Positions 1 through 9,729 of a stretch of DNA of 43,071 bases are shown here, one piece after another. Within the stretch, counting starts at the first letter, position 1. Every line of letters starts with the position of its first letter. The notes below the pieces were generated by a model. It saw only the letters and a list, made by a program, of their open reading frames with translations. It ran no database searches and was not told the DNA's origin. The position numbers and the translations under genes were made by a program. The stretch covers positions 1-43,071 of the forward strand of contig CACYHL010000003.1 in the NCBI GenBank assembly GCA_902774205.1, written 5' to 3'. The stretch is from an uncultured Bacteroidota bacterium. Its GTDB lineage: Bacteria; Bacteroidota; Bacteroidia; Bacteroidales; WCHB1-69.

Positions 1-601
1 TCAATATAACAAAACCTCATTGAACGAGTTGAACAAGCAGCTTAAGGTTCGTGTTCGCGCGCTGCCGACCTTGAAAAACAAGGAGTCGGCTCTCCGCATG
101 GAGGTGAAAAAAGCCAAACAGCGGGCGGAATCCATTTCCTTGCAATTGCTTGAAAAAATGGACTCTTACGATCATTTGTCCGGATTATGGAACGAGTTTG
201 AACACGGGCTGCTCGCGGTTTCTGATGTGAAACTCAAAACCGTGAAAATCGCCGGTGTGCCTGTCCCTGCTTTGGAAGAGGTTTTTTATGAAGTGAAAGA
301 GATTAATCTTTTCACAAAACCGATGTGGTATGCTGACGGGCTGCAGATTTTGAAAGACCTTGTGCAACTTGGCATTGAATCTGAAGTTTATACAGAAGTC
401 AGCCGTGTTCTTGATTTTCAAAGAAAAAAGACAACTCAGAAAGTGAATCTTTACGAAAAAGTTCAGATTCCGGGATATAATGAGGCAATAAGAAAGATAA
501 AACGTTATATGGAAGACGAGGAAAATCTTTCAAAAGCTTCACAGAAAATTGTTAAAAGCAGGCATTCACAAGAAGAAAAGGAGGCGGAAAATGGTAATTA
601 A
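1..601 (+). CDS. ntpD: V-type ATP synthase subunit D, 5' end runs off the window
   Basis: Frame is open from nt 2 (QYNKTSLNELNKQLKVRVRALPTLKNKESALRMEV...), so the TTG at 20 is probably not the real start. Size is about 200 aa, the protein is coiled-coil rich, and subunits I and K follow directly. Confidence 0.85.
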   Translation, partial: QYNKTSLNELNKQLKVRVRALPTLKNKESALRMEVKKAKQRAESISLQLLEKMDSYDHLSGLWNEFEHGLLAVSDVKLKTVKIAGVPVPALEEVFYEVKEINLFTKPMWYADGLQILKDLVQLGIESEVYTEVSRVLDFQRKKTTQKVNLYEKVQIPGYNEAIRKIKRYMEDEENLSKASQKIVKSRHSQEEKEAENGN

Positions 602-2390
602 AATGACGAAATACTCCTTTATCTTGTTAGATAAGGATTTGAACGGTTTTTTGGAACAGCTTCAGGAATGGGGCGTGGTTGATATCACAAGAACGTACAA
701 GCCCGCTGACGAGAAATCGCAGGAATATTTGGATTTGTCGAGAAGATATTCTTCAGCTATCAGAGAGTTGAAAAATTATAAGGTCAAAGAAGATTGTGTT
801 GATAATACAGGGAAGATAGAGGAGGGGAATCTTCTGGAGATTGTGGAAAGACGGCTGGAACGTGCCCGCGCACTGGCCGCCCGCAGCATGGAGCTGCAAA
901 AGGAACGTACCGCTTCAAAATGCTGGGGCGACTTCAACGCTGATGACATCAGAAAACTGGAAGAGCTCAATCTGGTGCTTCATTTCCACACCGTTCCCGA
1001 AGCGAAATTCAAAGAGGTGTGGGAAAAAGCGTACTCATTGCAGATATTGAATAAAGAGAATGGCAGGGTATATTTTGTGGTTCTCACTTCAAAATTCGAT
1101 GATGGTGAATACTCTTTTCCTGTCGCTGAGGCAAAATTTCCGGAACGTGGTTTCGCTGAAATTGACAAGGAAATCGCTCAAAATGAGATGGATATGCGTG
1201 AGAACGAGTCGGCTCTGCTGGCGTTGCAGTCGCGCCTCGATCTGCTGAAACAGCTTAAGACGGAGCAGGACGCGGTTCTCGACATCTACATGGCTAATCT
1301 TACATCTGAGAAGGTAGCCGAAGGGCAAATTGCTGTGGTTCAAGGTTTTGCACCGACAGACAATGAGGCTGAACTCGCACAAAAACTTGAATCCTGCGAT
1401 GTCTATTATATTGCCGAGCCCGCGACAAAAGAGGACAATCCGCCTATCAAGTTGAAAAACAACTTCTTCGCCACGTTATTTGAGCCGATTGGGAATTTGT
1501 ATATGCTTCCGAAATATGGGGAGCTTGATCTTACTCCGTTTTTTGCACCGTTCTACATGCTCTTCTTCGGGCTTTGCCTTGGAGACATGGGCTACGGCCT
1601 CCTGTTGCTCATCGCCGGACTTGTTGCGATGTTCAAGCTGCCGAAACTGAAAAACTACGCTAAGCTCGTTATGCTCTTGGGACTCGGCTCAATCATAATG
1701 CCGGCAATGACGGGGACTTTCTTTGGCGTTTCGTTGTACGACCACGTTGCGATGCCGCAATGGCTGTACGACAACTGGTACAATCCCGAAACAATCAATA
1801 TCAAGATGTTCTGGTTTGCGCTCATTTTTGGAGTATTCCAGATTTGTGTAGGCCGTTTGATTTCAGCGTTTTACGCTTTCAAACAGCAGGGATGGCAATA
1901 CGGGCTCGCCAACATCGGTTGGGCTGTGTTCTCCGTTTGGGCATCGATTTTCTTCGCGGAATGGCAGGGCGGATTCACATTTCTTACGCCGCTTGCTAAT
2001 TACATAATGCTCGGTATATCAGGAGTTTGTATAATATTCTTCAGCAAGATATCGAGTAATATATTCTTCAGAATCGCTGGCGGCGTGAAAGCTGTTTATG
2101 ACGTCACTGGGCTGCTCGGCGACATACTCTCTTACGTCCGTCTGTTCGGTTTAGGCGCGGCGGGCGGCATTCTCGGCCTTGTGATGAATCAGATAGCGTT
2201 GAGTTTCGTTTCAATACCGTATGTCGGTTGGCTGTTTTTCATCATTATGCTTGTCATCGGGCACTCGCTGGTGCTTTTCCTTTCGTGCCTCGGCGCGTTT
2301 GTACACCCGATACGTCTCACTTTCGTTGAGTTTTACAAAAACGCTAACTTCCAAGGCGGCGGGCGAAAGTTTAACCCTTTGAAAAAATAA
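591..2390 (+). CDS. ntpI: V-type ATP synthase subunit I (membrane a-subunit equivalent)
   Basis: N-terminus MVIKMTKYSFILLDKDLNGFLEQLQEWGVVDI, a soluble coiled N-half and a polytopic C-half (LSYVRLFGLGAAGGILG, FVHPIRLTFVEF). The ATG at 591 overlaps the ntpD stop by 11 nt. The 549 start gives an implausible K/R-rich leader. Confidence 0.85.
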   Translation: MVIKMTKYSFILLDKDLNGFLEQLQEWGVVDITRTYKPADEKSQEYLDLSRRYSSAIRELKNYKVKEDCVDNTGKIEEGNLLEIVERRLERARALAARSMELQKERTASKCWGDFNADDIRKLEELNLVLHFHTVPEAKFKEVWEKAYSLQILNKENGRVYFVVLTSKFDDGEYSFPVAEAKFPERGFAEIDKEIAQNEMDMRENESALLALQSRLDLLKQLKTEQDAVLDIYMANLTSEKVAEGQIAVVQGFAPTDNEAELAQKLESCDVYYIAEPATKEDNPPIKLKNNFFATLFEPIGNLYMLPKYGELDLTPFFAPFYMLFFGLCLGDMGYGLLLLIAGLVAMFKLPKLKNYAKLVMLLGLGSIIMPAMTGTFFGVSLYDHVAMPQWLYDNWYNPETINIKMFWFALIFGVFQICVGRLISAFYAFKQQGWQYGLANIGWAVFSVWASIFFAEWQGGFTFLTPLANYIMLGISGVCIIFFSKISSNIFFRIAGGVKAVYDVTGLLGDILSYVRLFGLGAAGGILGLVMNQIALSFVSIPYVGWLFFIIMLVIGHSLVLFLSCLGAFVHPIRLTFVEFYKNANFQGGGRKFNPLKK

Positions 2391-2444
2391 CAAAACTGAA
2401 AACGAATAAATAAATTAATATCAACAAATTAAAAACAAAAAACT

Positions 2445-2846
2445 ATGGGAACATCATTAATTTTAGCTTATGCGGGAATGGCTGTAATGTTAGGTCTTAC
2501 CTGTGTCGGCAGTGCGATGGGCGTTGTCATTGGTGGTAATGCCGTGGTCGCCTCTTTGAAGAAAAACCCTGACATTTTCGGTTCAGGAATGATTTTGGCG
2601 GCGTTACCGTCAACGCAGGGTTTGTATGGTTTTGCGGCGTTCTTTATGCTGAACAGCTCGCTGCAAGGCATTGGAGAAGGGCTTGCTCTTGTGCAAGGGC
2701 TTGCAGTCTTTGCGGCGGCGTTGGCACTTGGTATCGCAGGACTCATTTCAGCTATGCACCAAGGGCGTCTCGTGGCAAACGGTATCACCGAGATGGGCAA
2801 CGGCCACGATGTCTTCAGCAGCACCCTCATCTTCCCTGACATGTGA
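2445..2846 (+). CDS. ntpK: V-type ATP synthase proteolipid subunit K, apparently C-terminally short
   Basis: Gly/Ala-rich hydrophobic helices (GLTCVGSAMGVVIGGNA, LPSTQGLYGFAAFFML, LAVFAAALALGIAGLISA), last gene of the ntp cluster. The ORF stops at ...GHDVFSSTLIFPDM*, where a fourth helix would be expected. Confidence 0.7.
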   Translation: MGTSLILAYAGMAVMLGLTCVGSAMGVVIGGNAVVASLKKNPDIFGSGMILAALPSTQGLYGFAAFFMLNSSLQGIGEGLALVQGLAVFAAALALGIAGLISAMHQGRLVANGITEMGNGHDVFSSTLIFPDM

Positions 2847-3001
2847 CTCCGCGTGTTCCTTATCCGCTCCTCGGAAGCCCCCGGTGCAATGCGCGAGCTG
2901 TACCGTCTCCGCGAGGAGACCTTCCGCATACATATATGTACCATATTATTATATGATGGCACGTTTAACGTTTATATCATTGCAAAATTAACCGGATGTT
3001 A

Positions 3002-4039
3002 TTATTCCGCAAACTCCTGTGCGGTGAGCGGTATCAGCTTGTCGTCGTTTGTGACGAGGTTACAGCCTGAGTTATAATCTTTCACATAACCCACAACCGA
3101 CACCTCCTTTATCTTCTGAAGTGAGTCGTAGTCTTTTTGCGCTATGGTGAAAAGCAGCTCGTAGTCTTCGCCGCCGTTCAACGCTATTGTTGTCGCCACA
3201 ATGTCAAGTTCCTTAAGGGTTTGGAACGTGATAAGGTCTATTGGCAGTTTGCCTTCGTAGATGTCGCACCCTACATGAGAGGCGTTGCAGATGTGCATGA
3301 CCGCCGCCGCCAAGCCGTTGTCAACAACAGTCATCGCTGTTGGTGCTATATTATTGTCTGCGAGTGCGTTAAGAATATCAGTGCGCGGTTCGGGCTTGAG
3401 GTAGCGTTCGAGCACATAGTGATAGTTGTCGAAATCGGGCTGTGTGTTAGGGTCAGCCTCAAAGGTTTTCTTTTCGCGTTCGAGCAAGACAAGCCCTGTG
3501 TATGCGCTTGCAAGGTCTCCGGTGACGCAGATAAGGTCGTTCTCTTTTGCGCCGGTGCGGGTGAGCAATTTTTCCGGCGTGGCTTCGCCGAAAGCTGAGA
3601 CCGAAGCGACAAGACCGAGCAATGATGTGTTTACCTCAAATTGTAACAGTTTGACTTTGTGTAATTTGCAGAAAATGCGCACCCCGCCCATAAGCTCCTC
3701 AAGAGCCTCAAGCGAAAAACGGTTCGAAACGCCGAGTGAGACATTCAAGCCGGTTGGCAGCCCATTCATCGCCACAATGTCTGCTGCGGCGACAGTCGCC
3801 ATTTTGTAGCCGAGGTGTTTCAGCGGGAAATATGTTAGGTCGAAATGAATATTTTCTATAAAAAGTTTCGATGAGCAGAGAGTCTTCTCCTTTTTCTTCT
3901 CTTCAGCCACAACAACGCCGCAAGCGTTAACGGCTGCAACTTCTTGACAGTCGATATTGTCAAAAGCCTTTTTTATATGCTGTTCGAGGGCGAACTTCCC
4001 CTTTGGCGTGGTCAGGGTTTTGTTAACGTCTTCTGTCAT
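3002..4039 (-). CDS. thiL: thiamine-monophosphate kinase (AIR synthase-related fold)
   Basis: Motifs AADIVAMNGLP and DLICVTGDLASAYTGLVLL, with 345 aa length typical of ThiL/PurM-like proteins. It sits 6 nt downstream of prs on the same strand. Confidence 0.65.
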   Translation of the reverse strand: MTEDVNKTLTTPKGKFALEQHIKKAFDNIDCQEVAAVNACGVVVAEEKKKEKTLCSSKLFIENIHFDLTYFPLKHLGYKMATVAAADIVAMNGLPTGLNVSLGVSNRFSLEALEELMGGVRIFCKLHKVKLLQFEVNTSLLGLVASVSAFGEATPEKLLTRTGAKENDLICVTGDLASAYTGLVLLEREKKTFEADPNTQPDFDNYHYVLERYLKPEPRTDILNALADNNIAPTAMTVVDNGLAAAVMHICNASHVGCDIYEGKLPIDLITFQTLKELDIVATTIALNGGEDYELLFTIAQKDYDSLQKIKEVSVVGYVKDYNSGCNLVTNDDKLIPLTAQEFAE

Positions 4040-4045
4040 AATTTG

Positions 4046-5020
4046 TTACTTCATCTTTTCAGCCATCTCATGCTCAAGAACTTTCTGCACCATCTCGAAG
4101 TGAGATGAGATAGAAGTGTGTTCCATAACGCTCTTTATAACTTCTGCGAACAGATATGCGACAGAGATCACCTCAAATTTAGGCATTTGTTTTTTGAGAG
4201 GTATTGTATCTGTGACCACGATTCTGTCGAGAACGGAGTTCTGAAGTTTCTCCATTGCGTCAGCGGAAAAGACAGGATGAGTGCACATTGCCATAATGCT
4301 GTTTGCGCCGAGCTCTTTGATACGTGAGGCTGCCTTGCATATTGTGCCGCCTGTGTCAATAATGTCATCAATAAGTATAACATCTTTGCCTGCCACATCA
4401 CCAATTATCTGAAGGCTTTGCACCTCGTTGGCTTTGGAGCGTTGTTTGTAGCCAATCGCGAAATCGCAGCCGAGCCATTTCGCATACGACACCGCGCGTT
4501 TTGTCCCGCCCGTGTCTGGAGACACAACGCAGATGTTCGGCAGCTTCATATTTAAAATATAAGGAAGGAGAACGTTGGAGGCATAGAGGTGGTCAACCGG
4601 AAATTCAAAGAATCCCTGAATCTGGTCGGCGTGCAAGTCTATGGTGATCAGCCGGTCAACGCCTGCAGCGGTGAGGGTGTTTGCTATCACTTTTGCTCCG
4701 ATTGAGGTGCGCGACTTGTCTTTGCGGTCTTGTCTCGCATAGCCGAAATAAGGTATAACTGCAATTATTTTTTTCGCAGAGGCGCGTTTCGCCGCATCAA
4801 CGAGCATCAGAAGTTCGATGATATTCTCCGCCGGCGCGAAAGTGGACTGCACAATAAAGACGTTTTTCCCGCGAATAGTCTCATCATAGTTCGCCTGGAT
4901 TTCACCATCTTTAAATTGTTCAATTGTGGTTTTTGTCAATGGGATGTGCAGGTAATTGGAAATGCTTTCCGCCAATTGTCGGCTTGCTCTGCCTGACACG
5001 ATTGCCATTTCTTCCTTCAT
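4046..5020 (-). CDS. prs: ribose-phosphate pyrophosphokinase
   Basis: Motifs YFGYARQDRK, DLHADQIQGFF, VSPDTGG and ILIDDIIDTGGT. Start is taken at MKEEMAIVSG (5020) because a minus-strand TAnnTTTG box (5066-5073) lies inside the longer 5131 ORF. Confidence 0.9.
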   Translation of the reverse strand: MKEEMAIVSGRASRQLAESISNYLHIPLTKTTIEQFKDGEIQANYDETIRGKNVFIVQSTFAPAENIIELLMLVDAAKRASAKKIIAVIPYFGYARQDRKDKSRTSIGAKVIANTLTAAGVDRLITIDLHADQIQGFFEFPVDHLYASNVLLPYILNMKLPNICVVSPDTGGTKRAVSYAKWLGCDFAIGYKQRSKANEVQSLQIIGDVAGKDVILIDDIIDTGGTICKAASRIKELGANSIMAMCTHPVFSADAMEKLQNSVLDRIVVTDTIPLKKQMPKFEVISVAYLFAEVIKSVMEHTSISSHFEMVQKVLEHEMAEKMK

Positions 5021-5065
5021 TTTATCGTAATTTTTTAAGGTTTTAAATGTATGAAATGAACCGTG

Positions 5066-5073
5066 CAAAAATA
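5066..5073 (-). promoter_or_regulatory. Bacteroidetes-type -7 promoter box (TATTTTTG) for prs-thiL
   Basis: Reverse complement of caaaaata matches TAnnTTTG, 46 nt upstream of the prs ATG. Confidence 0.35.
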
Positions 5074-5166
5074 TTATTATTTTTAGAAATAATGAGCATT
5101 TCAGGCAATTTTTTTTCAACTTTATCAACAAGTTATTTTTTATAATTTTTGTATCAAAAAAAATTG

Positions 5167-5174
5167 TATTTTTG
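5167..5174 (+). promoter_or_regulatory. Bacteroidetes-type -7 promoter box (TATTTTTG) for rplM-rpsI
   Basis: Matches TAnnTTTG about 100 nt upstream of the rplM ATG. A TTTG lies at 5148-5151 but its spacing is shorter than canonical. Confidence 0.3.
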
Positions 5175-5274
5175 CAGGCTTAAAAATAGACCGATTATTA
5201 TCTGTTAAAGGTAAAAAAAATAAAAACCGAGTCTGTTGGGTGAACATCAGACTCACAGAAAACAAAAGAAAAAA

Positions 5275-5730
5275 ATGAATGCAGTAAGTTACAAAACCAT
5301 TTCGGCAAACGAAAAAATCGTTAAGAAAGAATGGGTCGTCATTGACGCTGAAAATCAAGTGGTCGGCAGGCTTGCTACCGTAGCGGCACGCATATTGCGC
5401 GGCAAGACAAAGACTTGTTACACCCCGCATTTCGACTGTGGCGACTACGTCATTATCATCAATGCTGACAAGGTCAGATTCACAGGCAAGAAGTTGACAG
5501 ACAAAGAGTATGTGCATCACACCACATATCCGGGCGGTCAGAGATTCATCACTCCGAAGGAGCTGCTCAAGAAAAAGCCAATCGGCGTATTGGAGCACGC
5601 AATCAGAGGGATGCTCCCGAAGAACAAATTAGGTGACGCTATCTATCGCAACCTCTATGTTTACGCGGGACCGAATCATCCGCACGAAGGTCAGCAACCC
5701 AAATTAATCAACATTAACGAAATCAAATAA
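5275..5730 (+). CDS. rplM: 50S ribosomal protein L13
   Basis: KEWVVIDAENQVVGRLATVAARILRGK and typical size from the ATG at 5275. The longer ORF start at 5236 adds an unlikely K-rich leader. Confidence 0.95.
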   Translation: MNAVSYKTISANEKIVKKEWVVIDAENQVVGRLATVAARILRGKTKTCYTPHFDCGDYVIIINADKVRFTGKKLTDKEYVHHTTYPGGQRFITPKELLKKKPIGVLEHAIRGMLPKNKLGDAIYRNLYVYAGPNHPHEGQQPKLININEIK

Positions 5731-5735
5731 CCATT

Positions 5736-6122
5736 ATGGAAGTTATCAATAAAATCGGTAGAAGAAAGACCGCCGTCTCAAGAGTCTATATGCAGAAGGG
5801 CAGCGGCAACATCACGGTCAACGGCCGCGATTATAAAGAATATTTTCCACTTGGCACGATGCAGTATGTTGTCACACAGGCGCTTGTCATTGCAGGTGTT
5901 GAAGGTCAATATGACATCAAAGCCAATATAAAGGGTGGTGGTATCTCAGGTCAGGCTGAGGCTCTCCGTCTCAGCATCGCTAGAGTGCTTGTTGAAGTCA
6001 ATCCGGAACTCCGCCAGACTCTCAAGTCAAAAGGACTTCTCCGCAGAGACCCGCGTATGGTCGAGCGTAAAAAACCGGGCCAGCCGAAAGCACGTAAGAG
6101 ATTCCAATTCAGCAAACGTTAA
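5736..6122 (+). CDS. rpsI: 30S ribosomal protein S9
   Basis: GGGISGQAEALRLSIARVL and C-terminal ...KARKRFQFSKR. It lies 5 nt after rplM, the conserved rplM-rpsI pair. Confidence 0.95.
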   Translation: MEVINKIGRRKTAVSRVYMQKGSGNITVNGRDYKEYFPLGTMQYVVTQALVIAGVEGQYDIKANIKGGGISGQAEALRLSIARVLVEVNPELRQTLKSKGLLRRDPRMVERKKPGQPKARKRFQFSKR

Positions 6123-6227
6123 TGTTTGGCGCATTTGCGCTTAGGTTTAGTATCGAAATCTCCAAGACTTCCAATAGAACTACTTGGGGATTGATTTAAA
6201 GAAAGTAAACAATAAAAAAAATTAAAA

Positions 6228-7142
6228 ATGGCAAACGTAGATTTTAACCAATTATTAGAAGCAGGCTGTCACTTCGGCCACTTGAGAAGAAAATGGAACC
6301 CCGCAATGGCTCAATACATTTTCATGGAGAAGAACGGGATTCATATCATTGACCTCCACAAGACAATAACCAAATTGGACGAAGCTTGTGCAGCGGCACG
6401 CCAGATTGCGAAATCAGGCCGCAAAATATTGTTCGTGGCAACAAAAAAACAGGCGAAAGAGACTGTCACCGAGCTCGTTAAGAACGTGGGAATGCCTTAC
6501 GTCACAGAGCGTTGGCCTGGCGGTATGCTCACCAACTTCTTCACAATCCGCAAAGCTGTGAAGAAAATGTCGAACCTCGACCGTCTTATTGAAGGCGAAC
6601 AGTTCAAGACCCTGTCGAAACGCGAACAGCTCCAGCTCCACCGCGAGAGAGCTAAACTTGAGAAGAACCTCGGTTCAATCTCCGACCTGACACGTCTTCC
6701 TGCAGCAGTGTTCGTAGTCGATATCCTGAAAGAACATATCGCTGTCGCCGAAGCGCGCAGACTCAGTATCACCACATTCGCTATCGTTGATACGAACTCA
6801 AATCCGAACCTCATTGACTTCCCGATTCCGGCTAACGACGACGCCTCAAAATCAATCTCTGTTATCGTCAAGGCTGTTTGTGATGCTATCGCTGAAGGTC
6901 TCGAAGAGAGAAAGATGGATAAAGAGAACTATGCAGAGGAGAATGAGGACGAGTACGATGCTGTTGAGCGCCCTGAAATCATCGATGAAGATGAAGAAGA
7001 GACAACAGAGGCTGAAAAGGACGAGAACAAGGTCAAGAAAGTGAAAGACGTCACCTCTGACGACGCTGCCGAACCAGGCAAACGCAAGAGAATGACTGTC
7101 AAGAAGACCTCCGCCACAAAAGCCGGAAGCTCGAAAAATTAA
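6228..7142 (+). CDS. rpsB: 30S ribosomal protein S2 with a long charged C-terminal extension
   Basis: LLEAGCHFGHLRRKWNP and VTERWPGGMLTNF motifs, followed by tsf. The last ~80 aa are acidic then basic low complexity. Confidence 0.95.
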   Translation: MANVDFNQLLEAGCHFGHLRRKWNPAMAQYIFMEKNGIHIIDLHKTITKLDEACAAARQIAKSGRKILFVATKKQAKETVTELVKNVGMPYVTERWPGGMLTNFFTIRKAVKKMSNLDRLIEGEQFKTLSKREQLQLHRERAKLEKNLGSISDLTRLPAAVFVVDILKEHIAVAEARRLSITTFAIVDTNSNPNLIDFPIPANDDASKSISVIVKAVCDAIAEGLEERKMDKENYAEENEDEYDAVERPEIIDEDEEETTEAEKDENKVKKVKDVTSDDAAEPGKRKRMTVKKTSATKAGSSKN

Positions 7143-7173
7143 AAATTACGTTTAATTAAAAAAGATTACAATT

Positions 7174-8175
7174 ATGGCAAACATAACCGCAAAAGACGTC
7201 AACGAACTTCGCAAGATGACAGGTGTTGGCATGATGGACTGCAAAAACGCCCTTGTCGAAGCTGACGGAGATGTTCAAAAAGCTATCGATATTCTTAGAA
7301 AAAAAGGTCAGAAAGTGGCTGCGAAACGCGCAGACCGTTCTGCTAATGAAGGCCGCGTCATCGCAAAGGTGAACGCTGAACAAAACAAGGGTTATATCCT
7401 CGTATTGAGCTGCGAAACCGACTTTGTTGGCAAAAACGCCGAATTCGTTGCTATGAGCGAGAAAATCATCGCCGAAGCAATGGCACACGACATCAAGACC
7501 CGCGAAGATCTGTTGGCTTACACATTCGATGGCATGACTGTTGCAGACCACCTGCTTCAGCTCACCGGCAAAACTGGCGAGAAAGTTGAAATTCCGGCTT
7601 ACAATGTTATTGATGCGCCGCACGTTACAGCTTACAACCACAATGGCAACCGTCTCGGTGTCATCGCAGGTTTCAACATGCCGGGTTTTGAAGAAACGAC
7701 TCACGAGGTCGCTCTCCAAATCGCCGCTATGAACCCGATGTCACTCAGCGCTGACTGCATTTCCGACGAGGTCAAGGCTCACGAATTGAGCGTCATCATT
7801 GAAAAGACCAAGACTGACGAGATCGCCAAGGCTGTTGAAAACGCAATCCGCAAAGCTGGTATCAATCCTGCCCACGTTGATTCTGATGACCACATCGAAA
7901 GCAACATGGCGAAAGGTTGGATTACTCCTGAACAGGCAAAGCAGGCACGCGAAATCAAGGTTTCAGCCACTGCTGAAGCTCAGGCAAACCTCGAAAAACA
8001 AGCCAAGAAAATCGAAATGATTTCACAAGGCCGTTTGCAGAAATACTACAAGGAAAACACCTTGTTAGCTCAGGATTACTATGCTGACAACAAAATGAAT
8101 GTTGCTGACTTCATGAAGAAAGCTGATGCAAATCTCACCTGCACATCTTACTTCCGTTGCCAATTGGGTGAATAA
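7174..8175 (+). CDS. tsf: translation elongation factor Ts
   Basis: N-terminal UBA-like ITAKDVNELRKMTGVGMMDCKNALVEADGDVQKAIDILRKKG, in the conserved rpsB-tsf arrangement. Confidence 0.95.
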   Translation: MANITAKDVNELRKMTGVGMMDCKNALVEADGDVQKAIDILRKKGQKVAAKRADRSANEGRVIAKVNAEQNKGYILVLSCETDFVGKNAEFVAMSEKIIAEAMAHDIKTREDLLAYTFDGMTVADHLLQLTGKTGEKVEIPAYNVIDAPHVTAYNHNGNRLGVIAGFNMPGFEETTHEVALQIAAMNPMSLSADCISDEVKAHELSVIIEKTKTDEIAKAVENAIRKAGINPAHVDSDDHIESNMAKGWITPEQAKQAREIKVSATAEAQANLEKQAKKIEMISQGRLQKYYKENTLLAQDYYADNKMNVADFMKKADANLTCTSYFRCQLGE

Positions 8176-8200
8176 TCCTACTAAATTCATAACAACGAAA

Positions 8201-8228
8201 AGACCGCTCTCGAGGCGGTCTTTTTTTG
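8201..8228 (+). terminator. rho-independent terminator after tsf
   Basis: Stem AGACCGC (8201-8207) pairs with GCGGTCT (8215-8221), followed by a T-run through 8227. It lies 26 nt after the tsf stop. Confidence 0.7.
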
Positions 8229-8300
8229 CTTCAAAAATGGGTTAATGAATACGAAATTGTAGAAGATTCTGTTGTTTGAAATAATTGTGTGACAATCTCT

Positions 8301-8954
8301 TTATCCTTCGCAAAGTCCGTCTTTCATGACGATGACACGGTCCGACATTTGCGCAAGTTCCTCATTATGAGTTACAATGATGAAACTCTGCTTGAAGTTG
8401 TCGCGCAAATCGAAAAACAGCTGGTGTAATTTGCGGGCGTTCTCCGAGTCGAGGTTCCCCGAAGGCTCATCGGCGAGGATGAGACCTGGGTTGTTGACAA
8501 GGGCGCGGGCTACCGCAACACGCTGCTGTTCTCCTCCGGACAATTCTGATGGCTTGTGAGAGGCTCTGTCTGCAAGTTTCAGGAAATCAAGAAGTTCCAT
8601 AGCTCGAAGCTCGGCCTCTTTTTTTGTTTTTCCGGCAATCAAAGCTGGCAGGGCAACGTTCTCCACTGCGGTGAACTCCGGCAGAAGATGATGGAATTGG
8701 AAGACAAAGCCGATGTGTTGGTTCCTGTAGTCAGAGAGCTGTTTTTCGTCCATCGCATACAGTGATGTCCCCTCAATGATGACCTCCCCGCTGTCGGGCT
8801 TGTCAAGCGTTCCGAGAATGTGAAGCAGCGTTGACTTTCCCGCACCGGAGGCACCAACTATCGTCACAACCTTCGCCGGCTCGATGGTCAGATTTATTCC
8901 TTTCAGAACTTGAAGAGAGCCGTAACTCTTTTTTATATCTTTGATTTCCAGCAT
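8301..8954 (-). CDS. ABC transporter ATP-binding protein (LolD/FtsE-like)
   Basis: Walker [10 protein letters not shown], signature [15 protein letters not shown] and Walker [13 protein letters not shown], in a 217-aa protein. Confidence 0.8.
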   Translation of the reverse strand: MLEIKDIKKSYGSLQVLKGINLTIEPAKVVTIVGASGAGKSTLLHILGTLDKPDSGEVIIEGTSLYAMDEKQLSDYRNQHIGFVFQFHHLLPEFTAVENVALPALIAGKTKKEAELRAMELLDFLKLADRASHKPSELSGGEQQRVAVARALVNNPGLILADEPSGNLDSENARKLHQLFFDLRDNFKQSFIIVTHNEELAQMSDRVIVMKDGLCEG

Positions 8955-8955
8955 G

Positions 8956-9708
8956 TTAATTCTTGTGTATCACCCCGTTATATTGTGCGGTGCAGGTCAT
9001 TACTATTTCATTGAGACAGATATGTTCAGGCAATGAAAGCACGTAGTCAACGACATCGGCAACATCTTCAGCTACCAACGGCTTGTAGCCCTCATACACT
9101 TTGTCGGCGCGCGCCTTGTCGCCTTTGAAGCGCACGATTGAGAAATTCGTCTCCACCGCCCCGGGCGCAATTTGCGTGACTTTTATTCCGTAGGGAAGAA
9201 AATCTTCACGCATACCTTTTGTCAGCGCAAGCACCGCATGTTTTGTTGCACAATAGACATTGCCGCCAGGATAGACCTCATAACTCGCAGTAGAGCCGAT
9301 ATTTACGATGTGTCCTGTGCGGCGTTCCACCATCTGGGGAGAAATCAGCTTTGTCATATACAGCAGACCTTTAACATTTGTGTCAATCATCTGTTCCCAA
9401 TCTGCCAAATCGCCATCGTGAAGCGGATTCAAGCCAAGAGCGAGCCCCGCATTGTTTACGAGGACATCAATTTTCTTGAAATTCTCTGGCAGAGATTCCA
9501 CAGCATTTTTACACTCCTCAAAATTTCTGACATCAAACACCAAAGGCAAAACCTCAGATTTCGTCTCTTTGCGGATATTTTCGGCAACGGCGTTCAGCTT
9601 TTCGGCGTTACGGCCGGTAATAATCATTTTACAATTCTTTTTCGCCAAACGTTTCGCCACTGCCTCGCCGATTCCGCTGGTGGCGCCTGTTACCATAATT
9701 GTTCTCAT
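8956..9708 (-). CDS. SDR-family NAD(P)-dependent oxidoreductase (YdfG-like)
   Basis: [12 protein letters not shown] cofactor motif, NNAG, and catalytic Y..xK (YCATKHAV). Length is 250 aa. Confidence 0.8.
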   Translation of the reverse strand: MRTIMVTGATSGIGEAVAKRLAKKNCKMIITGRNAEKLNAVAENIRKETKSEVLPLVFDVRNFEECKNAVESLPENFKKIDVLVNNAGLALGLNPLHDGDLADWEQMIDTNVKGLLYMTKLISPQMVERRTGHIVNIGSTASYEVYPGGNVYCATKHAVLALTKGMREDFLPYGIKVTQIAPGAVETNFSIVRFKGDKARADKVYEGYKPLVAEDVADVVDYVLSLPEHICLNEIVMTCTAQYNGVIHKN

Positions 9709-9729
9709 AATATGCTTATTAATAATGTT

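Noticed and set aside
549-590. Upstream extended starts offered by the ORF track for ntpI (549), prs (5131), rplM (5236), the SEDS gene (23446), murB (26367), the HAD gene (28790) and the higB-like gene (37751).
   Set aside because: The extensions encode K/R-rich or odd leaders, overlap upstream genes or contain the predicted -7 promoter box. The internal ATGs give N-termini typical of the families.
2844-2846. Possible TGA read-through or recoding to rescue the short ntpK.
   Set aside because: TGA is used as an ordinary stop elsewhere in the window (the amidase gene and the SEDS gene). The read-through peptide (LRVFLIRSSEAPGAMRELYRLREE) is polar and is not a transmembrane helix.
5229-5254. 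A hairpin GAGTCTG-N12-CAGACTC in the rplM 5' leader, considered as a ribosomal-protein autoregulatory leader.
   Set aside because: It is a single 7-bp stem with no evidence of conservation or mimicry of an rRNA site. It cannot be told apart from a chance hairpin without comparative data.
7156-7719. Antisense ORFs over tsf (7156-7719), rplM (5140-5598), the SDR gene (9172-9828) and the Bat gene (9795-10383).
   Set aside because: They overlap strongly supported conserved genes on the opposite strand and have no recognisable motifs.
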